From an uncultured bacterium (lineage in GTDB: Bacteria > Omnitrophota > Gorgyraeia > Ghiorseimicrobiales > Ghiorseimicrobiaceae): DNA of 64,000 bases. The DNA is taken from NCBI GenBank assembly GCA_913009335.1, contig CAJVXN010000006.1, positions 562 through 64,561 of the forward strand, read 5' to 3'. Below the pieces are notes generated by a model. That model made no database searches, was not told where the DNA came from, and was given only the letters and a program-made list of their open reading frames with translations. A program made the position numbers and the translations under genes. How positions within the stretch are numbered: position 1 is the stretch's first letter; each line of letters begins with the position of its first letter. Positions 1-14,650 of this stretch are shown piece after piece.

Positions 1-883
1 GATACAAACTATTCTTGTTGAACGTGGCGGTATTGTATTGATAGATGAGGTTGAGCAGGGGCTAGAGCCAGATAGAGTTAAGCACTTGGTTAGATCTTTA
101 AAAAAAGACAACGCCGGTCAAATCTTTATGACAACTCATTCTAGTGAGGTGATAACAGAATTAGATGCCGATGATTTGGTAATTATCAATAACAACAAGG
201 GCAACATTACTGTATCATCACCAGATCAGAATTTCCAAGATATCATCAGGGCCTGCCCTGAGGCTGGGTATGCAAAAAAAGTAGTTGTCTGCGAGGGGAA
301 AACAGAAATAGGTATTTGCAGAGCTTTAGATACCTATCGTAAAACCCAAGCCAAGGAATGTATGTCTGTTAAAGGTTGTGTTTATGTTTATGGAGGTGGG
401 CATAACTTCACTGAGCGCGCAAATAAATTGAAAGAATTAGGAGTAGAAACTTGTGTTTTTTGTGATTCGGATGATACAATGCTAAATCCAACAAAGGAAG
501 ACCTGAAAACAGCAGGCGTAACAATATTTGATTGTGATGAGGGTAACGCTATTGAACAACAGGTGTTCCAAGATTTACCTTGGGAAGGAATAAAAACTTT
601 GTTGGACTATGTCATTAAATATAAAAAAATGACTGAAACTCAACTGAAAGACTCAATAAGATCGAAATGTGATGGCGATTTCCCCGATGATTTTAAAAAT
701 GCAGACACTCCTCAAATGAGAAAGGCAATAGCCGATGCTTCACTTGTTGGGGATAAAGAATGGTTTAAAAGAATAGATCGCGGCGAATTTATAGGGGGTA
801 TTATTTTTAAATACTTTGGAGATATGACTGATAAGAAAACAAAAAATCAGTTAGAAGGTCTTTCAAGTTGGATAGATGGATAA
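1..883 (+). CDS. gajA: OLD-family ABC-ATPase/TOPRIM nuclease, GajA-like (5' truncated by window edge; frame open from nt 2)
   Basis: Reading frame continues to window start (...ILVERGGIVLIDEVEQGLEP = Walker B/D-loop of an ABC ATPase). Downstream TOPRIM signatures VVVCEGKTE (conserved Glu) and VFCDSDD (DxD). 16-nt overlap with the next gene, a UvrD-like helicase, as in Gabija/class-2 OLD loci. Confidence 0.6.
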   Translation, partial: IQTILVERGGIVLIDEVEQGLEPDRVKHLVRSLKKDNAGQIFMTTHSSEVITELDADDLVIINNNKGNITVSSPDQNFQDIIRACPEAGYAKKVVVCEGKTEIGICRALDTYRKTQAKECMSVKGCVYVYGGGHNFTERANKLKELGVETCVFCDSDDTMLNPTKEDLKTAGVTIFDCDEGNAIEQQVFQDLPWEGIKTLLDYVIKYKKMTETQLKDSIRSKCDGDFPDDFKNADTPQMRKAIADASLVGDKEWFKRIDRGEFIGGIIFKYFGDMTDKKTKNQLEGLSSWIDG

Positions 884-2313
884 TGGATTATGTAGATTTC
901 GTTTCAAAGGAAAAAAGTTTTGTTGTCGCCCCCGCAGGTTATGGTAAAACGCACGCCATAGCAATTTGTCTAAACCATACCCAAGGAAAACAACTTATAT
1001 TAACTCATACACATGCCGGAGTAGCTTCCTTAAAAGATAAGATACAAAGCCAGGAAATTTCAAATACTTTATATCGCGTTGAGACTATTACTAGTTTTGC
1101 TCAGAAATATGTTAATGCTTTTTATTGTGGTAATGATATTCCAGAACAGGATAATAGCAATGAATATTATCCGTTCATCATTGATAAGGCAAAAAGCTTG
1201 TTTAGAATAAACCCCATAAGAGATGTTGTTAGGTGTACATATGCAGGTCTATTTGTTGATGAATATCAAGATTGTAACATAGGACAACATAATCTTATAA
1301 AAGAATTAGCGTGTATATTACCTACTCGAATTTTAGGCGATCATCTGCAAGGAATATTTGATTTTAACGGTGATACATTAGTTGATTTTGAAGTTCATCT
1401 TTTCGATTTTGAAAAATTTCCTGATTTAGCTGAACCCTGGCGGTGGAAAAATAATAATCCAGAGCTAGGAGAAAGTTTGAAGTTGATACGCGAGTTACTA
1501 GAACAAAAAAAAAATATTGATTTAAGCAAACATGAGTCAAAAATTATTATTTTGGAAATAAATGAAAATGACAAATATACATATCAGTCGGAATACAATA
1601 AACAAATCTGGGCTTTGACTAATGAGGACAATGTGTTAATTATCCACCCGGATAGCACTAATTTAAACGTCAGGAAAGATTTCATAAGCAGATTTAACAA
1701 TTCTTTCATTTTAGTTGAGGCGATAGACAGCCAAGATTTTTACAAAATGTCAAAAAAATTTGATGGTATTAATACTACTAATGTTTTTAAAACTATATAC
1801 GATTTAGTTCCTAATATTTTTAATGGACGCACAAATAGAGATGTGTGGTTTAACTCAAACGGCGTCAAAAATAAACGGGCCAAAGAAGACAAGGCTCGCA
1901 TTGCCCCTATTTCTAAGGATATAGAACAACTAAAGCAAAAAATTTCTTTTGTGTTAATTTCAAATATATTAAAAAAGGTAAAAGAATTGCCTGGTGTAAA
2001 ATGCTATAGGCAAGAACTTTTATGGGATTTATGTGAGGCTCTTGAGCATGCGGGGAGTAAAGGCACATTGGTTCATGAAGAAATGAAAGAAATTAGGAAT
2101 CGTAAGCGCAGGGGAGGACGAAGGATTAGCGGACGATGCATAGGAACTACTTTATTAACTAAAGGATTAGAGTTTGATACAGTAGCCGTTTTAGATGCGC
2201 ATAATTTTAAATGCCGCAAAAATTTTTATGTTGCGATAACAAGGGCTTGTAAAAAACTAATAATATTTACAAATAATAAAATTCTTTTTCCTTATCATAA
2301 TTGTCATAATTGA
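868..2313 (+). CDS. gajB: UvrD/PcrA-like superfamily-1 helicase, GajB-like
   Basis: Walker A VVAPAGYGKTHAI, motif II LFVDEYQDCN (DExQD), C-terminal helicase motifs TLLTKGLEFDTVAVL and FYVAITRACKKL. ~480 aa, matching GajB size. Overlaps upstream OLD-like gene. Confidence 0.65.
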   Translation: MDRWIMDYVDFVSKEKSFVVAPAGYGKTHAIAICLNHTQGKQLILTHTHAGVASLKDKIQSQEISNTLYRVETITSFAQKYVNAFYCGNDIPEQDNSNEYYPFIIDKAKSLFRINPIRDVVRCTYAGLFVDEYQDCNIGQHNLIKELACILPTRILGDHLQGIFDFNGDTLVDFEVHLFDFEKFPDLAEPWRWKNNNPELGESLKLIRELLEQKKNIDLSKHESKIIILEINENDKYTYQSEYNKQIWALTNEDNVLIIHPDSTNLNVRKDFISRFNNSFILVEAIDSQDFYKMSKKFDGINTTNVFKTIYDLVPNIFNGRTNRDVWFNSNGVKNKRAKEDKARIAPISKDIEQLKQKISFVLISNILKKVKELPGVKCYRQELLWDLCEALEHAGSKGTLVHEEMKEIRNRKRRGGRRISGRCIGTTLLTKGLEFDTVAVLDAHNFKCRKNFYVAITRACKKLIIFTNNKILFPYHNCHN

Positions 2314-2828
2314 AATTGATTTTTTCCCTCGGCAATCACAGTCGTCCGGCTTCATTCGCCTTTGGCGTATTTCGCTACGGACTTTGTGCGCTTGCCTTCA
2401 CCCTCCTAAAAAAGGAGGGTAATCCTTAATATTTTCCCCGCCGGCATCAAAAAAAGATTTCCCTATTATAAAAAATTTTTTGTTTTTCCCAAAAAGCCCG
2501 ACGAAAGCGGGTGCCTGAGGAAGGGTATCATAACTACGCTATGATTGCACGATAACGCTGGTTTTGCAGGCTTGGAGTGCGGAAAGGGAAGGCACGACGA
2601 GTGCCGAAGCCCGCACGACAAGACTGCTTGTGAAAGCGAGCGGCCAAGCGAGCGAGGCAGTGAGCCTGAGCCCCAGCGAAGGCGAACGGTGAATACACCA
2701 ACCACGTAGCCCGCTGTAGCCGACGTTCAGGAGGCGCAAGCGGGCGGTGCATCATCAAGTCAATTCAGGACAGAAAACAGTAAAAAGGAATGGTTTGAAA
2801 TATTTGTAGAGAACAGACCAAGGGTCAG

Positions 2829-3003
2829 CCGAAGGTCCGGATGTAGACTTTTTGGGGCAAATTTTTGTAAATCTTTGATTTTTTTGACATTGTGATTTTC
2901 TTTCTGTTTCTGAAAACAAAAAATTAAAAGGGGGGAAAAGAGAAAAAGCAATTCTTTTTTGGGGCAAAGCACCGCCGACTGGCGGGGCGATTTTGATGTT
3001 TTT
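2829..3003 (-). repeat. Left inverted repeat of cassette (inverted copy of miaB promoter plus decayed miaB start)
   Basis: Reverse complement aligns with 7424-7598. The promoter-proximal ~125 bp is near-identical; the coding-proximal ~50 bp is diverged and would encode MSKKSKIYKNLPQKVYIRTFG-stop, a truncated MiaB N-terminus. Confidence 0.8.
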
Positions 3004-3120
3004 GCGTCTTGTCCTTCGGGCAATCCGCACGTCAATTCCCTAATTATCGTTAAAAAGCAGAAGAAAAAGAAAACCCCCGCCCGAAATATTTAGAGTAAAT
3101 ATTTCCCCCTATTAAACTTC

Positions 3121-3155
3121 TTGACAATTTGTGTAAAGTAACGTAAAGTATAGAT
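3121..3155 (+). promoter_or_regulatory. Candidate sigma70-like promoter/operator for cassette operon
   Basis: TTGACA at 3121-3126, candidate -10 TAAAGT/TATAGAT, and direct repeat GTAAAGTA x2 (possible operator) immediately upstream of the ATG at 3160. No obvious SD, so possibly a leaderless transcript. Confidence 0.35.
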
Positions 3156-3159
3156 CATT

Positions 3160-3338
3160 ATGAAAAAGAGATATAATCTTAGCGAAGCGGCAGAAATATT
3201 AGGCTTAACTCGTCAAGGGCTTTATTATTGGATAAAGAAGGGATGGGTAACTCCTAAACGTGATTATAAAGGCCACCCTGTGTTTATGGATGCTGATTTA
3301 AAAAAAATTAAAAAATGGAAAGATAAATTAGAAGAGGT

Positions 3339-3342
<4 letters not shown>
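3160..3342 (+). CDS. Excisionase/Xis-family (AlpA/MerR-like) HTH DNA-binding protein, putative recombination directionality factor
   Basis: 60 aa. LSEAAEILGLTRQGLYYWIKKG fits the excisionase-family HTH consensus. 4-nt ATGA overlap with the next gene. Co-located with a serine recombinase. Confidence 0.55.
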
Positions 3343-9423
<6,081 letters not shown>

Positions 9424-9463
9424 GTATATTTCGATTAAAATTTTAATTTAGAAAAAATATGCC

Positions 9464-10318
9464 ATGAAAAAACATTCAAAAAAAATAATCTATCTTGTCT
9501 ACATAGTGGTTGCTTTTTTGACATTATCTTTTTATCTTTTAAATAAGGACGGTATAACGCTTACTCCTTTTTTTAAAGCGATAAATAATATATCTAAGAC
9601 TGTATCCTGGTCTGCGCAAAACAAAGAAGAGCTTAAGTTAGAGAAACTCATCGCGCATGCCGCAGGCGAGATAAAAAGCATATCCAGCACTAATTCATTA
9701 GAGGCTCTGGATAAAAACTATGCTAATGGATTTCGATTTATAGAACTTGATTTTGAATGGACAAGTGATGAGCATTTGGTTTTAATCCATGATTGGAAAA
9801 AATCAATGACAAGGCTTTTTAACGAATCGCCTGGAAATTATACATTGCGTGAGTATGAAAATCTAAATATGATTAACGGATTAACACAAATGACGCTGGA
9901 TGATTTAGCCAAATGGGTAAGAAGGCATCAAGATGTGTATATCGTTACAGATATTAAACGATATAATAGTAAGGGCCTGAGGCTAATTAGTGATCGTTTC
10001 CCGGGAATAGTTGGTAATTTTATACCGCAGATTTATTATTTCCAAGAGTATTGGCTGGCGCGCAAGATGGGATATAAGCATATTATTTTAACGCTCTATC
10101 GCTCGGAATATAGCGATGAGGAAATTTTATCTTTTGTGAGCAAGAATTATTTAGCTGCGGTAACTATGCCGATTAAGCGGGCGAATACGCGCTTACCCGC
10201 AAAATTAAAGCAGATGGGAGTATCAACGTATGCTCACACTGTAAATACCGTCTCGCTGCAAAATCAATTATACACCAATGATGTCTTTGGGGTTTACACG
10301 GATAGCCTGAATCCTTAA
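9464..10318 (+). CDS. Membrane-anchored glycerophosphodiester phosphodiesterase (GDPD) family protein
   Basis: N-terminal TM helix; IAHAAGE...NSLEAL...GFRFIELDFEWTSDEHLVLIHD matches GDPD-family motifs. Confidence 0.5.
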   Translation: MKKHSKKIIYLVYIVVAFLTLSFYLLNKDGITLTPFFKAINNISKTVSWSAQNKEELKLEKLIAHAAGEIKSISSTNSLEALDKNYANGFRFIELDFEWTSDEHLVLIHDWKKSMTRLFNESPGNYTLREYENLNMINGLTQMTLDDLAKWVRRHQDVYIVTDIKRYNSKGLRLISDRFPGIVGNFIPQIYYFQEYWLARKMGYKHIILTLYRSEYSDEEILSFVSKNYLAAVTMPIKRANTRLPAKLKQMGVSTYAHTVNTVSLQNQLYTNDVFGVYTDSLNP

Positions 10319-10330
10319 GTTTTACTTTAA

Positions 10331-11239
10331 ATGAAGAAACAAATAATTTTTATAGTCGGCGCAACTGCAACAGGGAAAACTAAGTTTGCGCATCTTCTGG
10401 CTAAAAAAATTAATGGGGAAATTATATCAGCTGATTCGGTAAGTATTTATCGCGGCATGGATATAATAAGCTCTAAGCCGTCGGGACTGATGCGTAATGA
10501 AATGCTCTATTATTTGGTTGATGTTGTCAGCGTTGGGCGGGAATATAATGTTGCTAAATTTGTAAAGGCCGTTGCAAGTCAGGTTCGGCAAATTTTACGC
10601 AGGGAAAAAGTACCTATAATTGTAGGCGGGAGTGGATTGTATGTGGATAGCTTGCTTTACGGTTTATTTAAAGCGAGAGCGTCAAACCTTAAGCTGCGTA
10701 AAAAACTCAATTATGAAGCAGAGCGTTTTGGCTCAGAGAAGCTCTATCGTCGTTTAGAGGTATTGGACCCTGAGGCCGCGGCAAAAATTCATCCAAATAA
10801 CACTCGGCGTATAATTCGCGCGTTAGAGGTATGTATCGAAACAGGCGATAAGTTTTCAAAGTTAAAAGAAAAAAGGAGCGGATTGGTAGATAAGTATGAG
10901 GTTAAAATTTTCGGTCTTAATTTAAAAAGAGATATTCTTTATACGCGCATTGATCAGCGAGTAGATAAAATGTTTAAGGATGACCTGGTAGAAGAAGTAA
11001 AGTCATTATTTAAGTCTAAATTAAGCAAAACTGCAAATCAGGCATTAGGCATAAAAGAGATAAGAGGATATTTAGGCGGCGATTATGATATTGCGAGAGC
11101 GGCTTATCTTCTTAAGCGTAATACGCGGCATTTTGCCAAACGTCAGATTACCTGGTTTAAACGTAATAAGGCAATTATTTGGATTGATGCGGAAAGTACA
11201 GCTCGTAAAAAGATCAACACCGTAATTTCTCAGATATAA
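10331..11239 (+). CDS. miaA: tRNA dimethylallyltransferase
   Basis: IVGATATGKT P-loop, ISADSVSIYRGMDIISSKP. Confidence 0.85.
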   Translation: MKKQIIFIVGATATGKTKFAHLLAKKINGEIISADSVSIYRGMDIISSKPSGLMRNEMLYYLVDVVSVGREYNVAKFVKAVASQVRQILRREKVPIIVGGSGLYVDSLLYGLFKARASNLKLRKKLNYEAERFGSEKLYRRLEVLDPEAAAKIHPNNTRRIIRALEVCIETGDKFSKLKEKRSGLVDKYEVKIFGLNLKRDILYTRIDQRVDKMFKDDLVEEVKSLFKSKLSKTANQALGIKEIRGYLGGDYDIARAAYLLKRNTRHFAKRQITWFKRNKAIIWIDAESTARKKINTVISQI

Positions 11240-11264
11240 ATAATTTCACTTAACGAGGATAATA

Positions 11265-11813
11265 ATGAAAGTAGCGGTTGTTTTATTTTTTTTACTTTTT
11301 ATTATTAATTCGTATAATATCCGCGCTGAAGATGCGGCTTTTGATCATCGGCAGGATAAAAAGGAGATATGTGTTATGAAATTTAAGGTTAAGGATATTA
11401 TGCATAATCAGAGTATTCCTTCACAGTATACCTGTGATGGAAATGATGTATCGCCGGAGATTTCCTGGGGAGAGCTGCCTGAGGGTACGCTTAGCCTGGC
11501 ATTAAGCGTGATTGATCCGGATGCCCCTATGGGAGCTTTTACACATTGGCTGGTTTACGATATCGACCCTAATGCCGGTAGTATTCCTATGGGTGGGCCT
11601 CTGCCCGCGGGCACAAAGGAAGCAGAAAATGATTTTGGTGCAACTAATTATGACGGGCCTTGTCCACCTTCGGGGGAGCACCGCTATTTCTTTACTCTTT
11701 ACGCGCTTGATGTAACTTATTTAGAGGGTGCGACTAAAGCAAGCTTTCAAACTCTTGTTAAGCAACACATGATTGATTCTGCTGAGGTGGTTGGTTTATA
11801 TAAACGCAACTAA
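11265..11813 (+). CDS. YbhB/YbcL-family PEBP (Raf kinase inhibitor-like) protein, probably secreted
   Basis: PEBP motifs DPDAP, FTHWLVYDI, GPCPPSGEHRYFFTLYALD; N-terminal signal-like segment. Confidence 0.8.
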   Translation: MKVAVVLFFLLFIINSYNIRAEDAAFDHRQDKKEICVMKFKVKDIMHNQSIPSQYTCDGNDVSPEISWGELPEGTLSLALSVIDPDAPMGAFTHWLVYDIDPNAGSIPMGGPLPAGTKEAENDFGATNYDGPCPPSGEHRYFFTLYALDVTYLEGATKASFQTLVKQHMIDSAEVVGLYKRN

Positions 11814-11868
11814 ATAGATAGCTAGTGAGTAATGTCAATAGGTCGGAGGCATTTCCTTGTAGCTTTAA

Positions 11869-12933
11869 TCAGGCAAGTGTTGAAATCATATCAAGAAGTT
11901 GTTTTTTTGTTTTTAGCTCAGAAAGGATGCCGCGGACTTTTCTAGCGTGGGGTATTCCTTTTAGGTATAGCGGCAAAAAAAGACGCATACGTAACACAGC
12001 ACTTTTCTCACCGTATAGTTTTGAGGCTAATCCAAGATGCAGCTTAATAGTTTTGATTCGTTCGGCAATTGTCGATATTCTGCGCAGTTTACCCGTTTTT
12101 AAAAAATATTGACTGTGTTTAAAAATCCAGGGGTTGCCCATGGCCCCGCGTGCTACTAATACAGCATCGCACCCGGTTTGTGTAAGCATTCGCTTTACGT
12201 CTTCCGGTCCGAATACGTCGCCGCTTCCAATAACTGGAATATTAACTTCGTCTTTAACTCTGGCGATTATGTCATAATCTGCTTTTCCGCGGTAGAGTTG
12301 TTCTTTTGTCCGGGCGTGAATGAATACGGCGCTTGCGCCAGCATCTTGGAGTCGCTTTGCAATAGAGACGGCATTAATATTATCCTTGGACCAGCCGCTT
12401 CTTATTTTTACAGTAATTGGAATTGTCGCGTTAGAAGTTAATTTTTTAACAATGCTTGCGAGTAATTTCGGTTCCTTCATCAGTGCTACGCCTTCACCGC
12501 GCCGAGCTACTTTTCTTACCGGGCAGGCTGCGTTAAAGTCCAGGAGTTTGACTTTAGTTTTTTGGATAACATCTTGCGCATTTAGAAGCATATCTATGTC
12601 TCTACCTAAAACCTGTGCCCCTAAAGGACTATCTTTACGGTTTGATGAAAGCATGCTTTTAGTTTTTTTGCTTTTATATTTAATTGATGCGGCATTGAGC
12701 ATTTCGGTAAAGGCAAATTTGCAGCCAAAATCACGGCAAAGCGTACGAAAAGAAAGGTCTGATATTCCGGATAATGGAGCAAGTATGAGCTGAGTATTTA
12801 TTTTTAGATTGCCGATTTTAAACCCCGTTAGAGATAGGTCGTCTTTAGACGACCGTCTATCAGGAATAAGGTTATTAGATAAAGCTTGTTTTTCCATAAA
12901 ATGATTAAATTGGGATAAACGGTATAAGGGCAA
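11869..12933 (-). CDS. dusB: tRNA-dihydrouridine synthase (DusB-like)
   Basis: LILAPLSGISDLSFR (Dus N-terminal motif) and TIM-barrel FMN-binding motifs. The ORF track uses a TTG start; an ATG at 12894 (MEKQ...) is an alternative. Confidence 0.8.
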   Translation of the reverse strand: MPLYRLSQFNHFMEKQALSNNLIPDRRSSKDDLSLTGFKIGNLKINTQLILAPLSGISDLSFRTLCRDFGCKFAFTEMLNAASIKYKSKKTKSMLSSNRKDSPLGAQVLGRDIDMLLNAQDVIQKTKVKLLDFNAACPVRKVARRGEGVALMKEPKLLASIVKKLTSNATIPITVKIRSGWSKDNINAVSIAKRLQDAGASAVFIHARTKEQLYRGKADYDIIARVKDEVNIPVIGSGDVFGPEDVKRMLTQTGCDAVLVARGAMGNPWIFKHSQYFLKTGKLRRISTIAERIKTIKLHLGLASKLYGEKSAVLRMRLFLPLYLKGIPHARKVRGILSELKTKKQLLDMISTLA

Positions 12934-12946
12934 TCTCTAATGGGGT
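12821..12946. repeat. 126-bp element with 15-bp inverted termini AACCCCGTTAGAGAT (copy A), overlapping dus 5' end
   Basis: Terminus at 12821-12835 followed by hairpin GGTCGTC-TTTA-GACGACC; inverted terminus ATCTCTAATGGGGT at 12933-12946. Confidence 0.7.
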
Positions 12947-13090
12947 AAACATGTTGCTATTTTAAGCTAAAGTCGGGATTTAGGCAATAGAAACCTTAAA
13001 ATTTTTTACCTAGATTTTGTAAAGCAAAATCTACCCGCCTGTGCCGATAGAATTATGCATATAAATCTATTGGTATTGGCCGATTGATTA

Positions 13091-13136
13091 GACCCATCCG
13101 CTAAAGGTATCAGGATGGTCTATCCCTGTGGATTAA
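13091..13136. repeat. REP-like hairpin element (GACCCATCC...GGATGGTC TATCCCTGTGGAT)
   Basis: Same family at 17779-17826, 31578-31612 and 52681-52734. Confidence 0.6.
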
Positions 13137-13317
13137 ATCTGAAAGATTTAATCATGCTATCGGGGTACCTATTCGGTAAAAACACCAATTTTTACTTGCT
13201 TTTTTACTTATAACACGGTAAACTTAAAGCATTGTGAATTCTGCTGTTCTGTCAAGCTATAAAGCATTATAATGCTAGTGAGATAGTGATTTTCAATTAA
13301 CAAGAAATGGAGAGATT

Positions 13318-14400
13318 GTGAAGCATAAGGTTACTTTTATTCCTGGTGATGGCATAGGGCCAGAAGTTGCGAGTGCGGCAAAAGCCTGTATTGAAGCAAC
13401 GGGAGTTGATATTGAATGGGAAGAGGTAATTTGCGGTGAGGCCGCACTTAAAGATTTTTCAACACCCTTGCCTGAAGAAGCGCTCAATTCCATACGAAAG
13501 AACAAGGTGGCGATTAAAGGTCCGATTACAACTCCTGTAGGCAGCGGGTTTCGTTCGGTTAATGTAGGTATACGTCAGGCATTGGATCTTTATGCTTGTC
13601 TTCGGCCGGCAAAGTATTATGAGGGCGTACAAAGCAGGTATAAGGATATTGACCTGGTGGTTGTTCGGGAAAATACAGAAGATTTATATGCCGGTATAGA
13701 ATTTGAAGAAGGAAAGGACCAGACTCTAGGGCTCATTGAAGAAATCAATAAAATGAGTACCCGTAAGATAAAAAAAGATTCAGGTGTTAGCATTAAGCCG
13801 ATATCGCGCTCTGCTTCAGAAAAAATTGTACGCTTCGCGTTTGAGTATGCTTTAAAAAACAATAGGCGTAAGGTTACCTGTGTTCATAAAGCAAATATTA
13901 TGAAGTTTTCCGATGGATTATTTCTTTCTTGCGCGCGCAGCGTAGCGAAAGAGTACGAGGGAAAGATTGAATTTAATGATACGATAGTTGATAATTTATC
14001 TATGCAGTTAGTCAAAGTTCCGCATAATTTTGATGTTTTAGTTCTTCCGAATTTGTATGGCGATATAATTTCTGATCTTTGCGCCGGGTTAGTCGGTGGA
14101 TTAGGTATGGCTCCGGGCGCGAATATCGGCGATGGAATAGCTGTGTTTGAACCCGTTCATGGATCTGCCCCGAAATATAAAGGGAAAAATAAGGTCAATC
14201 CTACCGCTACTATTCTCTCGGGAGTATTGATGCTTAAGTATTTAAAGGAGATTGATGCGGCAGAGCGCTTGAGAATGGCAGTTGCGGAGGTTATAAAAGA
14301 AGGCATTTCTGTGACTTATGATTTTAAAGAAGATAGAGATGATCCTTCTGCTGTAGGCACACGGGAAATGTGTGAAGCCATCATTAAAAAAATGGAATAA
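13318..14400 (+). CDS. icd: Isocitrate dehydrogenase (isocitrate/isopropylmalate dehydrogenase family)
   Basis: TFIPGDGIGPEV; AIKGPITTPVG...RSVNV...LDLYACLRP; NLYGDIISDLCAGLVGGLG. Confidence 0.7.
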   Translation: MKHKVTFIPGDGIGPEVASAAKACIEATGVDIEWEEVICGEAALKDFSTPLPEEALNSIRKNKVAIKGPITTPVGSGFRSVNVGIRQALDLYACLRPAKYYEGVQSRYKDIDLVVVRENTEDLYAGIEFEEGKDQTLGLIEEINKMSTRKIKKDSGVSIKPISRSASEKIVRFAFEYALKNNRRKVTCVHKANIMKFSDGLFLSCARSVAKEYEGKIEFNDTIVDNLSMQLVKVPHNFDVLVLPNLYGDIISDLCAGLVGGLGMAPGANIGDGIAVFEPVHGSAPKYKGKNKVNPTATILSGVLMLKYLKEIDAAERLRMAVAEVIKEGISVTYDFKEDRDDPSAVGTREMCEAIIKKME

Positions 14401-14404
14401 GATT

Positions 14405-14555
14405 TACCCCGATAGTAAAACACTGTCCCTGAGAAATTCACCCTCTGGAATTTCAGAGAAATTCCGAGGACTTAGTCCCGGGAATCCGAAGGATTCCACG
14501 GGGAAAGAATTTCCAGGACTAAAATCCCTGAAATCGCAACGCGATTTCTAGGGGG
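14405..14555. repeat. Intergenic repeat block built from GAAATTC/GGAATTTC modules (related to 29826-29895 and 33040-33165)
   Basis: Shared segments GTCCCGGGAATCC and CGGGGAAAGAATTTC. Confidence 0.5.
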
Positions 14556-14650
14556 AAAATTTATTCCAAATTTTTTTGTAACTATCGGGATCAATTCAGC
14601 CAAATAACTTATACCACCTTACAGGTTCTATAAGTTACGGCTTCATTGAA
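14556..14650 (+). promoter_or_regulatory. Conserved ~95-nt leader (copy 1) upstream of histidine kinase gene
   Basis: ~85% identical to 40329-40423. Nested stems ATAACTTAT/ATAAGTTA with inner stem ACCT/AGGT (copy 2 has AGCC/GGCT). Confidence 0.5.

Noticed and set aside
2466-2758. Three overlapping minus-strand ORFs (79, 74 and 66 aa) in the GC-rich block
   Set aside because: All three frames are open simply because of high GC. The translations are Arg/Ala/Ser-rich and low-complexity with no start or RBS context. Treated as non-coding.
2755-3035. Two minus-strand 91-aa ORFs and the plus-strand ORF 7455-7649
   Set aside because: They lie inside the inverted-repeat copies. They are read-through of the duplicated miaB promoter/5' region and mirror the C-terminal tail of the recombinase ORF, not independent genes.
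12178-12793. Plus-strand ORFs antisense to dus
   Set aside because: Entirely contained within a well-supported Dus gene on the opposite strand; no motifs.
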